IMG/VR virus record: IMGVR_UViG_3300012936_000009
Coordinates: 127-64,126 of that record
Reading direction: 5' to 3' (one strand)
DNA: 64,000 nucleotides
From: a virus
Taxonomy: Duplodnaviria > Caudoviricetes
Made by a program: the position numbers and the translations under genes. Of the stretch, positions 17,662 through 27,437 are shown one piece after another (position 1 is the stretch's first letter; every line of letters begins with the position of its first letter). The notes under the pieces are model-generated. The model did not search any database. It worked only from the letters and a program-made list of their open reading frames with translations, and was not told the DNA's origin.

Positions 17662-18291
17662 TTAAACCTTCCTAAAGATTCTTAAATCCTTTACTTCATT
17701 CTGAATCACGTAAGATCTGCAATCATCTAGAATGATGTGATTTCTCTTAGATATTGTATTTTTTGTCAAACAATTTTCTAGAAATTCAAAAAATTGCTTC
17801 TTTTTTTCTTTCTTCATTTCAGAAAGAAAAGAATCTAAACTCAGCAAATTTTCTTCTAAAAACAGAAAGTCTTGCTCTTTACTGTCCCAAGAAAAAGCAA
17901 AAGGGTTTTTAGTAATCAGAAATTGACCATATTCAAAATCTTCTATATTTTCAAAAAATTCTAAACAAAAACGACGAGTCAGTAAAGAACTATAAGAGTC
18001 TATACCTATTATTTGGACGATTTTTTTGTTTTTGTTTAATTTGATCTTAGAGTAGACTGAGCTAGGATTTGAGGTTTTTATATCAAAAGAAAAAAACAAA
18101 GCCCTAACTACTTTTAAAAAATTTAAATCTGGGTTGCTAATCCTTTCTCTAAGGTTTCTATCGGAAAAAAAAGATGATCCATATGAGTCATACCCAAAAT
18201 AGACTGTATCACCTTTTATCTCGTGAAGAACATCTTCTTTAGAGAGAGAATCCAAAACCTGCGCAACGGATAATTTATTCTTGTTTTCCAT
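17662..18291 (-). CDS. Hypothetical protein
   Basis: ORF in operon. Confidence 0.55.
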   Translation of the reverse strand: MENKNKLSVAQVLDSLSKEDVLHEIKGDTVYFGYDSYGSSFFSDRNLRERISNPDLNFLKVVRALFFSFDIKTSNPSSVYSKIKLNKNKKIVQIIGIDSYSSLLTRRFCLEFFENIEDFEYGQFLITKNPFAFSWDSKEQDFLFLEENLLSLDSFLSEMKKEKKKQFFEFLENCLTKNTISKRNHIILDDCRSYVIQNEVKDLRIFRKV

Positions 18292-19090
18292 TTATTTTTT
18301 GAGCAGCTCTAAGCTGAACTCTCAAGTGTTTCAGTAGTCCATTATAACTAGATCTAACTTCCGATCCCTTGAAGCAAGAATCTCTAGAAGATTTAGCATC
18401 TTCTATTCTTTTTTCTATATCTGAAATAGAAATCTGAGAACCGAAAGAAACAACTTTCCCATTTAGACACCTGTGGTTGTTTTTGGAATTTTCCAGAAAA
18501 ATCATTAATTCCTTGCTTTTTTCCGAAACTTCTCCTACGACAATTGGAGCGTTGCCAGGAGTTTTCATAGGTTGAAATTCCGTGTCTTCTTTCTCTTTCG
18601 GTTTTTGGACATCATCTGGAACTGGAGCGTCTTCGACGTCTCCGGCTTTGTTCATTATAGTTGCAAAACCAGCCATCATAGAAAAAAGCTCCTGCTTTTC
18701 CTCTACGCTTAGATTATCAAAATATTTTAAAAGACCTTTTTTAACTTTATCGTCTTTTAAGCTAGCGCCAGATCTTAAAGCGTTCAACTGAGAAACTATA
18801 TCTTTAAACTGAATGTTCTTAGGCATCTCTTCAGGTATTTCATAAGAAAACTTTTTATCTTCCTTCTTATCTTTTTTAACTAAGCCTAGTTTTTTATCAT
18901 CTTCGCTTTCGTCATCTTCCTCGTCTACTTCGGATTTTGAAGATACTTTTTTTCTAACATCTTCGTCTTCTATTTCGTCAGATATTGAATCTTGTCTTTC
19001 CTTCTCTTCCTCAGCAGGATCTTTGACTTGATCCATGATAGATCCTAAAGCTTCATTGACTGCGTCTTTTATTGTTTTATCATCAATCAT
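18275..19090 (-). CDS. Acidic hypothetical protein (putative virion-internal)
   Basis: MIDDKTIKDAVNEAL leader-like helix; D/E/K-rich. Confidence 0.55.
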   Translation of the reverse strand: MIDDKTIKDAVNEALGSIMDQVKDPAEEEKERQDSISDEIEDEDVRKKVSSKSEVDEEDDESEDDKKLGLVKKDKKEDKKFSYEIPEEMPKNIQFKDIVSQLNALRSGASLKDDKVKKGLLKYFDNLSVEEKQELFSMMAGFATIMNKAGDVEDAPVPDDVQKPKEKEDTEFQPMKTPGNAPIVVGEVSEKSKELMIFLENSKNNHRCLNGKVVSFGSQISISDIEKRIEDAKSSRDSCFKGSEVRSSYNGLLKHLRVQLRAAQKINGKQE

Positions 19091-19463
19091 CTAATAGTTC
19101 CTCTTCATTTAAAGACAATTCTAAAATATAAGTATCTGAGTTAAACTTAAAACAATCTATAGATTCAACTGTTTCGGAATTTATAGATATGCCTAAATCG
19201 CTGCTATTTATTTCAAATTTAGAATCGAAAAGAGATCTAAGAACATCTCTACTGATAGCTAAACTAAGCCTGGAGATCTTTCTAGAAACTGGAAACATCG
19301 AAAGAGATTCAAGACTGCACTCGTGTTGGACTTCTTCGAACCTTATAGAGAAATCCATCGAATTATTTGTAGTCTTGAGCCTATCTTTTAGAGAATCTGA
19401 TATTATCTCGTTTTCTGGATTAGAAAGTATTCTTTGAAACTCTTGATTTGCGAAATTACTCAC
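19083..19463 (-). CDS. Hypothetical protein
   Basis: ORF in operon. Confidence 0.55.
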   Translation of the reverse strand: MSNFANQEFQRILSNPENEIISDSLKDRLKTTNNSMDFSIRFEEVQHECSLESLSMFPVSRKISRLSLAISRDVLRSLFDSKFEINSSDLGISINSETVESIDCFKFNSDTYILELSLNEEELLDD

Positions 19464-19827
19464 TTTGAAAACTCGCAGTTACGTCAAAATAAATGTTGTC
19501 TATCTCTAGAAAAAATTTATTAAAGTAGTGGTTACCTAATCCAGAGTGAGGAATTTTTATTTCTACCTCATCTTTTTCGAAACTGTAACCTAGGGATATT
19601 CTCATGGCATGTTGTTGTTCTAAATCGAAAACATATTCGCAGAATGAGTGCATTGAAATCCTAGAAGAAAAAGAAAAACTCTTAGAAGCAAAGCCTCCAG
19701 AATCTAACCACCCTGAATTTCCATTAACGCTACATGGAGATTTACTTTGTAATTTTTCTCTAGGTAAGAAAGATGGGTTGTTTGCTTCTCGGATAAAGCT
19801 TTCTTTCATTAAAGTTTTTAAGTTCAT
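19456..19827 (-). CDS. Degenerate pterin-4a-carbinolamine dehydratase (PCD/DCoH)-like protein with leader
   Basis: W...SKSFSF.S...MHSF..YV..L.QQH...VEIKI pattern matches the PCD fold but the catalytic HHP is absent; MNLKTLMKESFIREA N-terminus. Confidence 0.4.
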   Translation of the reverse strand: MNLKTLMKESFIREANNPSFLPREKLQSKSPCSVNGNSGWLDSGGFASKSFSFSSRISMHSFCEYVFDLEQQHAMRISLGYSFEKDEVEIKIPHSGLGNHYFNKFFLEIDNIYFDVTASFQSE

Positions 19828-21014
19828 CTTATCCCTGCTTTTTGGGCAGACTTTTGAAAATCTTCGGCGTCGTCAATAGCAGCGTAGGTTATATCCATTT
19901 TATCTTTAGTTGATTTTTTACTCCAAGCGTCTTTGACAGCTCCTAAGAAATCAACGTTTTTCATAAAATCCTTCTGATATTTTTCCGTATTAGATCTTAT
20001 GTAAGAGATAGCTTTCTTAACAAGGTTGTCAGATTCTTCAAAATTCATGTCTGGTTCTATCTTGTTAAGTTTAATCCTGATTTTTCTTTCGTTAGCTGGA
20101 GAGTTTCCAATCAACTGATTAAAAACTGTAGTCTCTAGTTGCACCGGAAATCCTAAGGTTGATATTTCTTTTTTAGCGTCTCTATCTCTTTGGTTTCTCA
20201 GAGGTTTCAAGGCAGGTTCTAAAAATCCCATGTTGAAAAAGCTAAGGAAAGCCGAATTAGTAAGAGTGTAATCAGACTTCTTTAGAGCTTCAGCTTCTTC
20301 AGGTGATATAGACTCAGTTGCCGCTAAAGCTCCAACCCAGATGTCCCTAGCGTACTTCTTAGCTTTATCTACTTCGCCCTTTGGCAACTGCTGAACTGCA
20401 GCCATTTTCTTACCAGCTCTTCCGAGATATTGCTTAACTCCTGATTCTCCAGAAACTCCTGGAATGAGGCCAGACTTAGCTAAATCAGAGAGAGAAGCTT
20501 CTCCAGAAGATTTAGAAGATTTAAATTTTTGGTCATCTTCGCCAGAGTCTTCGGGTTCTTCTACAGAATATCCAGATCTAAATTCTTCAGGCATATCACT
20601 ATCGTCAGGAAAATCTTCAAAATTACCAAAATCGTCTGAATAAGCTTCAGTAACCGTGTCTGGCTCTCCGCCAGACTTCATGATGTCTTTGATTTGAGCG
20701 TATATATCCGCGACTTCTTGATTACCCATCAACTCTGACAAAGCTTTGACAGCGGCAGCTAAATCGGATGGCGTCTTTGGAACGTATTCATCATCTTCAA
20801 CAGGGGGACGAGTCATTATAGAGTTTAAACCCATAGAGCTGTCGGGTTGAAGAGGTAACTCTTTCGGTAATTCAGGTTTAGGATCTTCTTTCTTGCTCTG
20901 ATGATGAGCAAACTGGCCAGCCCTAAAACTCTCTTCAGATCTTATGTTGTAATGAGTTTCAAACAGTATATTGTTTATAATTTTTCTAACGTTGTTGTAT
21001 TTCATGGTATCCAC
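19824..21014 (-). CDS. Hypothetical protein (putative virion-internal)
   Basis: MKYNNVRKIINNILFET leader-like start; GAGG SD. Confidence 0.6.
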   Translation of the reverse strand: MDTMKYNNVRKIINNILFETHYNIRSEESFRAGQFAHHQSKKEDPKPELPKELPLQPDSSMGLNSIMTRPPVEDDEYVPKTPSDLAAAVKALSELMGNQEVADIYAQIKDIMKSGGEPDTVTEAYSDDFGNFEDFPDDSDMPEEFRSGYSVEEPEDSGEDDQKFKSSKSSGEASLSDLAKSGLIPGVSGESGVKQYLGRAGKKMAAVQQLPKGEVDKAKKYARDIWVGALAATESISPEEAEALKKSDYTLTNSAFLSFFNMGFLEPALKPLRNQRDRDAKKEISTLGFPVQLETTVFNQLIGNSPANERKIRIKLNKIEPDMNFEESDNLVKKAISYIRSNTEKYQKDFMKNVDFLGAVKDAWSKKSTKDKMDITYAAIDDAEDFQKSAQKAGIR

Positions 21015-21052
21015 CTCAAGATTAATTATCGTGATTGATTAAAACAATTCCA

Positions 21053-21493
21053 CTAATTGGATATTTTATTTGCAACGTAACCAGCGCCTAGACTGATTAG
21101 GGCGCCGACTACGAATCCTCCGACGAACCACCACTCGGTTGCTGCTTGTTTTCTTTCTAATTCCTTGGTAGATAAATCTATCTGACTTCGAAGGAATTCG
21201 TTCTGAGATTTATATACGGATATTTCAAAGTTGTTTGCAATCTTTAGTTTCTCTATAGACAGATCAAAATTAGCTTTTTGTAACTCCCTATCTTTTTTCA
21301 ACTTCAACTCGCATTGTTCATTAGCTGACTTGATTTGAATAACAGTTTCGGCTACAGCTTCTTTATTCAATAAGGTTCCGGAAAATGGGGCAGGATCTCC
21401 CTTATTGATAGTTTTCATAACTGCTTCCTGAGCGAAGCAGGTATTAACTAAAAAAATTAGAGACAAAAATAAGCAAAATATTTTATTAATCAT
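21053..21493 (-). CDS. Exported protein with signal peptide and C-terminal TM (spanin-like architecture)
   Basis: N-terminal hydrophobic signal, coiled coil, C-terminal WWFVGGFVVGALISLGAG. Confidence 0.45.
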   Translation of the reverse strand: MINKIFCLFLSLIFLVNTCFAQEAVMKTINKGDPAPFSGTLLNKEAVAETVIQIKSANEQCELKLKKDRELQKANFDLSIEKLKIANNFEISVYKSQNEFLRSQIDLSTKELERKQAATEWWFVGGFVVGALISLGAGYVANKISN

Positions 21494-21533
21494 ATCTGAA
21501 ATAATATTTCATTAATGAAAAAGTTTAGGATTA

Positions 21534-21899
21534 TTAGTCTATATTTTTTATTCCAGTAACGTCAGAAAGCAAATTTGTAGCTTCTTCTGCATCTCCGGAG
21601 TCTAAGGCTTTTTCTATTTTTTTCTTAACTTCGTTTTTTATAGACTTCTCTTGTTTAGAAAATCTTTCTTTTATTTCATCAAGCTTCGCTGCGTGTTCTT
21701 TTTCTGCTTCTAGAGTTTTATCTCTTGCTTCAAGGTTAGATTCACTTATGCTATCGATCGCTTCTAGGCCAGAATCAGTAGACTTTTTTATTATTTCTCC
21801 AGTTCTTTCTCTTCTAGATATTAAAAAAACTCCTAAAATAGTGACAGCTATCCCTAGTAAGAATTTCCAAGTTTTCTTAAAAAAATCAATAACTTCCAT
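21534..21899 (-). CDS. N-terminal TM plus coiled-coil protein (i-spanin-like architecture)
   Basis: WKFLLGIAVTILGVFLI then a charged coiled coil. Confidence 0.45.
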   Translation of the reverse strand: MEVIDFFKKTWKFLLGIAVTILGVFLISRRERTGEIIKKSTDSGLEAIDSISESNLEARDKTLEAEKEHAAKLDEIKERFSKQEKSIKNEVKKKIEKALDSGDAEEATNLLSDVTGIKNID

Positions 21900-21900
21900 T

Positions 21901-22113
21901 TTATCCCTTATTTGCTAACTTACCATGCTTCCACTGAACAGCTAAATCTACCAAAGCTTGAGATCCAATGTACGCTAAAGTAACTGCGACCCAGTCACCA
22001 CTAGTGACAGTTCCTACGAAGCACAGACTAGTTGCTGTTATCCACGCTAAAAATTTTCTTGATATAAATCTTTCTAAATGCTTATCTGCGAAAGCTTTTG
22101 CAGCTTGACTCAT
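21901..22113 (-). CDS. Putative holin-like 2-TM protein
   Basis: SRKFLAWITA... with two TM segments, 70 aa, AAGGAGG SD. Confidence 0.5.
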   Translation of the reverse strand: MSQAAKAFADKHLERFISRKFLAWITATSLCFVGTVTSGDWVAVTLAYIGSQALVDLAVQWKHGKLANKG

Positions 22114-22164
22114 TATTACCTCCTTGCGGTTATTAGTAATTATGAATTAGCTGATTTTTTTGCT

Positions 22165-22431
22165 TTAATCTTGCTTTTTCCAGGGAGAGCCTGAAACTAT
22201 TTCGTCAAAAATGTCGATAGACTCTATGTCTGTCAACCTTTTGAGCTCTTTATTCTTTTTCTGCTCTTTTAATTTTTGAACTAATTTTTCTAGGTAAGGG
22301 TCTTTATCGATTAAGCTAGTCACTAATCCTGAAATTATTTCCTGCATTGATAGCTTATTCTTGAAAGCAAGTATTCTAAGTTCAGCATGAATACTTTCGT
22401 TAAGGTTGATATGTACAGATTTTCTATTCAA
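22165..22431 (-). CDS. Ribbon-helix-helix DNA-binding protein
   Basis: KSVHINLNESIHAELRILAFKNKLSMQEII beta-helix-helix pattern. Confidence 0.6.
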   Translation of the reverse strand: MNRKSVHINLNESIHAELRILAFKNKLSMQEIISGLVTSLIDKDPYLEKLVQKLKEQKKNKELKRLTDIESIDIFDEIVSGSPWKKQD

Positions 22432-23012
22432 CCTCCGGCATCTCCACCGCCGGCCCCGACAGCAATAGGGGTTGGAATCTCTTTTCTGTCTTGTTCTTTT
22501 TCGAAATCATTTCGAGTATCGACGTTAAACCTCGTTTTCATGATGTCTAGAAAATTAGATTCTGTATCTTCGTCGTATTTACTAAGAAGGTAATCTCTTG
22601 CTTTAGACATGATAATCTCTTCTATATCTAAAAGAACGTCTGCATTTTTTATGATTCTTGCAGTTTCGGAAGCAAACTTTTCAATATCGATTTGAGGATC
22701 TGATTCTTCTAAGAGAACGGACTTGAGGGAATAAGATTCCTTCTGGACCGCGGCTGATTTTAAGGCGTCAGTTTCAATGTCAACGAATAAAGCATTTAGA
22801 GAATCATCTAAACTTTTGTTTAACTCTATTTCTTCATCTTTATCTACTTTGACTTCCTTTGAATCATCTTCAGATTCTTCAGATTCTTCTTCAGACTCTT
22901 CTCCCGTATCTTCGGTTTCTTCTTCATCATCTTCAGCCTCAGCTAGCATTCGGCTCGATTTCTTTAAACCAGCAGCTAATTCTAAAAATTCCTTAATATC
23001 ATCTCTCTTCAT
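22428..23012 (-). CDS. Acidic hypothetical protein (scaffold/internal-like)
   Basis: Glu-rich tract after MLAEAE; internal SLKSVLLEE. Confidence 0.55.
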   Translation of the reverse strand: MKRDDIKEFLELAAGLKKSSRMLAEAEDDEEETEDTGEESEEESEESEDDSKEVKVDKDEEIELNKSLDDSLNALFVDIETDALKSAAVQKESYSLKSVLLEESDPQIDIEKFASETARIIKNADVLLDIEEIIMSKARDYLLSKYDEDTESNFLDIMKTRFNVDTRNDFEKEQDRKEIPTPIAVGAGGGDAGG

Positions 23013-23698
23013 TGTGATTTTCCTTGCTTAGCTTTGGACATAGATTCAACTTTCTTAATTCTCTCTTCTATACGAGACCATCGAAGTTCTTTCATCATCG
23101 CAAAAGTGTAAGACTTTTTGTCGCCTAAATAATCCCTAAAATACGCATGTTCCCAGCAATCTAAAACTATAACGGGATAACTAGCGAAAGGAACATGTTC
23201 GCTGTGTAAATCTACTACAACATTCATGTAACGGTTTAGGAAAAAGTTATAAACAGTTACCGCCCACCCATTTCTAGAGCTTAAAGCGCAAGCGATGAAA
23301 TCTTTCTGCCAAGCGTCAAAAGAGCCAAAGTCTCTCTCTAATCTCATGAAAGCTATAGAGTCCATATTGATTACGGAATTTTGATCTCCGATATTTTCAA
23401 AATAATAAGCGTGTAAGAAAGACGCATTCAAATTATAAACTTCGTCTTCCTTAAGAGATCTAAGCTTCGAATTATTGATGTCGGCTAACTCTCTCTCAGC
23501 CGTGTCAAGAAAAGCTGAAACTTCATTAAGTTTCTTAACATGATCTTCTAAGATTTGTTGGTGACTATCCCTAGTTTTTTGACTTAGAAGTTCTGTAGAA
23601 ACTTCGTACTTTTTGCTTTGAGTAACATAAGCCTCGTCTATATTATTTTTAAGAGACTTTTCTATTTCTGCTAAAACTTTTTTACTTAAATCTTTCAT
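23009..23698 (-). CDS. Fe/Mn superoxide dismutase with N-terminal extension
   Basis: LDCWEHAY, DFGSFDAW, GWAV; His ligands in DSH and FLHAYYF. Confidence 0.85.
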   Translation of the reverse strand: MKDLSKKVLAEIEKSLKNNIDEAYVTQSKKYEVSTELLSQKTRDSHQQILEDHVKKLNEVSAFLDTAERELADINNSKLRSLKEDEVYNLNASFLHAYYFENIGDQNSVINMDSIAFMRLERDFGSFDAWQKDFIACALSSRNGWAVTVYNFFLNRYMNVVVDLHSEHVPFASYPVIVLDCWEHAYFRDYLGDKKSYTFAMMKELRWSRIEERIKKVESMSKAKQGKSQ

Positions 23699-24063
23699 CA
23701 GTCAACCTCATAATTTTTTTCAAAATCTTCTTTATCTATAGAAAATTCAGAGTCATTCATATCCGGCATCTCAGCCATTTCTTCTTCTCTTCCAGTTATC
23801 ACTTTTTTAGAAGAAGGAGCTGACTTAATCCTAGGAGAATCAGGAGTCCTTAAAACAATCGACAATTTACCATCTCCATCGACAACCTTTTTAATGGTAT
23901 ACTCAAAACCGGAGTCTTTATGCCTCACTTTAAGGTCAGGCTCTAAAACTACTCTTCCCTTCTTATCTAAGGCAGCTGTTTCGCTTAAGATAGAGATTGC
24001 TTTCAACCTATCCTCGTATTCTTTCAACAAAAGAGCTTTTAAAAAAGTTTCTGGTCTATTCAT
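23698..24063 (-). CDS. Hypothetical protein
   Basis: GAGG SD; leader-like amphipathic start ending LSE. Confidence 0.6.
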   Translation of the reverse strand: MNRPETFLKALLLKEYEDRLKAISILSETAALDKKGRVVLEPDLKVRHKDSGFEYTIKKVVDGDGKLSIVLRTPDSPRIKSAPSSKKVITGREEEMAEMPDMNDSEFSIDKEDFEKNYEVD

Positions 24064-24497
24064 TTTAAGTCCTCATCGTTATCTAAGTATTTTCTAAAAC
24101 TTATTCCTGCTTTTTCTAAAATAGATAATCCCGTTCTGTCTCTGTAATCTTCTAGATACACCAACTCCGAAATCCCTGCATTTACTATTGCTTTTGCGCA
24201 CATTCTACAGGGACTTAAAGTTAGGTACATAACTTTCTTCTTGGGGTTATTATAGTCCATTTTTAGTAAACAGTTTATCTCTGCGTGAATAAAACCCGAG
24301 TGACCTGGAGTTTCTGACTCTACTTCGTTAGGCCCGCCAGCATAATTGCCGTTATATCCAACCGAAAGAACTTGAGTATTGTCAGACGTTACAACAAGCG
24401 CTCCGACTTGGTATCTGGGATCATAAGATCTTTTAGAGATAGATTTAGCAACTTCCGCCCAAACTTTGTCCCAGGAGGGACGGTGGTCATTATTCAT
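24060..24497 (-). CDS. dCMP deaminase
   Basis: RPSWD, QVGA, GYNG, HAEIN, PCRMC. Confidence 0.9.
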   Translation of the reverse strand: MNNDHRPSWDKVWAEVAKSISKRSYDPRYQVGALVVTSDNTQVLSVGYNGNYAGGPNEVESETPGHSGFIHAEINCLLKMDYNNPKKKVMYLTLSPCRMCAKAIVNAGISELVYLEDYRDRTGLSILEKAGISFRKYLDNDEDLK

Positions 24498-24498
24498 T

Positions 24499-25919
24499 TT
24501 AATCTTTTAGCAATCCTGCATTTTTTTGCCAAGTTTCAAACAAATTGTTTGAAGGAGAAAACTTTTCATTTAATCTTTTGTAGACAAACCTTCTAATTTC
24601 AGATTTAGTTATCTTTCTTTGCTTGCTCTCTTTGGTTTGCGCTAAAACTTGAGCCGCTAAGTCGGGAATCATTTTTTGAAGTGAATCAAAGTTCTTTTTA
24701 GCAAACCTCTTAGATTTAATCAAAGTATCTTCATGCGCTCCTCGCCAGTCTTTTACGGCTTTAGCAACTGCTCTCTGAACTGCCGCTTTTCCTTTATCGA
24801 TACCGGTAAAAATTCCATCCTTAAGCTCTTGACTTCTGTTTTTTCTCCTTAGGGTATCTTGGCTAGATTTAGAAAGAGAAGATTCCCAATCTGAAAGAGC
24901 TTTAGAAACAGCATCTTTCGGAGACATCGGCTTAGACTTTACAGCTGCTGCGGCAGCCTTAATTTCTTTAGCGGGATCAGATTCTGTCTCAGGATTTTCC
25001 GGTGGAGCCTCAACTCCCTTTTCTTCTCCCTTTTCTTCTCCCTTTTCTTCCGATTCACCTTCGCCTTTCTTCTCATCACCCTTAGCATCGTCTCCTCCCT
25101 TCGAAGCTTCTACAGCATCAGATTGAATCGACTTGATAGCATCGGTAGGAACTTGAGCTTTTTCAGCGGTAGCAGCGGTTTTTTGTGAAGCATCTCGAAG
25201 TTGTTTAAGCTGTCCATAAGTTAAGGCCATGAAATCATCAGCTAGTTTATCAGCTGGAAAATCTTCAACAGCTTCAGCTCCCGGGATTTCTGCAATTTTA
25301 GATTTACCCAATAAGCTACCTAATTTAGCCATGAACCCCTTAGGTTTAGAACCTTTGAAAGCTTTGGAAACTCCAGATTTTAAGTCGTCGGCAGTCAATC
25401 CATGCTTATCTTTATCTAAAGAATCCAGGGAAACATCATCACCAATATCTTTTCCGTCTAGTTTTTAAGAATCAACTCTAATGCATTTTTAAGAGTGGAG
25501 GATGCTGTGTTAGACTTATTTTGAAGATCTATAACAGACTGAAGAGCTCTTGCAGTGTCTATCTTTTTACCAAAAAAGCTTTGAACTTGCTTAAGCATAC
25601 CATCCGGATCTTCTAAGTCTAGTTTTGAAACAAGCTGATCGGCTTTCTTCAAGACACCTTTTAAATTGGTAAAATAGTCAGTCAAGGAAGATAACTTCAA
25701 GTTGCCAGCAACTTTTAAATTTTGATCAACGGCAGAAGTAGCTGACTGAACAGCTGTTCGAAGTTTCTCTATGTCCGCATCTTCTAAATCTTCCATCAAT
25801 AAACCGTAAACCGAGCGGTTCTTCATGGAATACTCTAAAAGATTTTTGTCGCTAGATATCTTTAGCGCAATTTCGTATAAATTTTCGGAATTTTTTTTCA
25901 TGCTATCCTCCGCATACAT
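24499..25919 (-). CDS. Single large putative virion-internal protein split by a 1-nt frameshift at ~25462 (track ORFs 25458..25919 and 24499..25398)
   Basis: The -1 frame stays open across the gap (LDGKDIGDDVSLDSLDKDKHGLTADDLK); GGAGG SD before ATG 25901; C-terminal KITKSEIRRFV and WQKNAGL. Confidence 0.55.
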
Positions 25920-25922
25920 TAA

Positions 25923-26789
25923 TTATGAAGTTTCTTCTTGTTTTTCTGGTTCTAAGGTAAATAAATCATCGATGTGTTGATCTTTCTTTAGGGTGAAACC
26001 AGCAGCTTTTCTATGACCACCTCCGCCAAACTTCTTAGCAAATTCACTCACATCAACATTATCGTGAAAAGAACGCAGACTAACTTTAGTGAGACCGGCG
26101 TCATGATCAAAATACCAGATAACAGCAAAATCGCAATCAGGGGACAATCTAGAACCTATTTCAGACATCCAATGAGATGCGTTTACTATCATAACCTTTT
26201 TATCTTCAAAGTAACGGACAACTGCTTTTTCGCAAACTTTCTTAATAACAGTTTTAGAATAAGCTAAGATGTAACTACCTCTCTTGACAGCGTCGTCAAA
26301 TACTGAATCATCTTCAAATTTCTCAAACTCTTCGAATTCAAAAGGTACCATGTCAAAAGCAGCGCTGAACTCTTTTGAGTAATCGAGTTCCCACGTCCAC
26401 AAATCTCTATCCATTATATACCTGATGAATTTTGGTGGTTCTTTTCCGGGGTGAAAAAATTCCCAAGCTAACATAGCGCCTGATTTCGTCATATCAAAAT
26501 GTGTATTAGATATGTCGTGCAATTCTACCATAGCTGACTTATGATGATCAATGACTATCAAATCTTCAGCTTCTTCAATCATTTGCTTAGTAGTTGCATT
26601 GTTAAAAGAAAAATCTAATATAGCTACAACTTTGCCGTCTACATCCGGAGGAGTTTGACCATGCTTACATGCATAATACTCAGCTCTATTTCCAAGTAAT
26701 TTCCAAGCAGAATATGCTGCACCAAAACCATCCGTGCAATCTGCATGATAAATTACGCAATTTACTTGACTAGGTTCTACCATTTTCAT
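25923..26789 (-). CDS. DHH/DHHA1 family phosphoesterase
   Basis: YHADCTDG, ILDF, IDHH, DRDLW, SLRS, FGGGGHRKAAGF. Confidence 0.9.
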   Translation of the reverse strand: MKMVEPSQVNCVIYHADCTDGFGAAYSAWKLLGNRAEYYACKHGQTPPDVDGKVVAILDFSFNNATTKQMIEEAEDLIVIDHHKSAMVELHDISNTHFDMTKSGAMLAWEFFHPGKEPPKFIRYIMDRDLWTWELDYSKEFSAAFDMVPFEFEEFEKFEDDSVFDDAVKRGSYILAYSKTVIKKVCEKAVVRYFEDKKVMIVNASHWMSEIGSRLSPDCDFAVIWYFDHDAGLTKVSLRSFHDNVDVSEFAKKFGGGGHRKAAGFTLKKDQHIDDLFTLEPEKQEETS

Positions 26790-26821
26790 ACTCTTTCAAA
26801 ATTATCAAATAAACAATTTAT

Positions 26822-26850
26822 ATTATAAAAAGCGAATTATAAATATTCAT
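26822..26850 (-). promoter_or_regulatory. Sigma70-type promoter
   Basis: ATGAAT-17nt-TATAAT in the intergenic gap. Confidence 0.45.
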
Positions 26851-26852
26851 TT

Positions 26853-27437
26853 TTATTCGTTTATGAAATGGGCAAAGCACCTGGGTTGATAAAGTTCCGA
26901 ACCACCTACCTCTATTCGATCGTGATCTTTGCCTGAAATTTTCTGTGTAAAGAAAGCATCTTCACCGCATACCGAACATACTGCTGGGCATATTTGTATA
27001 TTTGTTGCCCATGGTAGCAGCTTATTCATCTCTTGATAAGGTTCTCCGCTAGAGGAAAGCTGAAGGCTTGAGACTAGGACTGTCTTTCCCGACTTATAGA
27101 TTTTGATCAAAACGTCAGAAACGTTTTCTATCATGAAAGCTTCATCTAGAGCCACTACGTCAACTTCATATTGTTCACTATAAGATTTGAAATACCTGTA
27201 CAGCTCTAAACTCGAGTTGACTCTGATAATCTTGCTAAAGTTCTCTTTTCCGCTTTTCCACTTAAGGCCAGAGTGAGTCACTACTGAATCTTTGGAATAC
27301 CTGGTATCTATCGCTGGCTTGAACAAAAGAATATTCTTGTTTTGGTACGCGTACCTCTCTAATGAAGATAAAAGTCTTGTGGTCTTTCCACCAAACATCG
27401 GACCAGTAAATATTTCAAATCTAGGATTAATTTGCAT
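26853..27437 (-). CDS. tdk: Thymidine kinase (type II)
   Basis: GPMFGGKTTRLL, FKPAIDTRY, LDEAF, CSVC, VGG..LYQPRC. Confidence 0.9.
   Translation of the reverse strand: MQINPRFEIFTGPMFGGKTTRLLSSLERYAYQNKNILLFKPAIDTRYSKDSVVTHSGLKWKSGKENFSKIIRVNSSLELYRYFKSYSEQYEVDVVALDEAFMIENVSDVLIKIYKSGKTVLVSSLQLSSSGEPYQEMNKLLPWATNIQICPAVCSVCGEDAFFTQKISGKDHDRIEVGGSELYQPRCFAHFINE

Noticed and set aside
25018-25050. 12-bp tandem repeat (ccttttcttctc, about 3 copies)
   Set aside because: It encodes a low-complexity EEKG linker within a CDS; no regulatory evidence.
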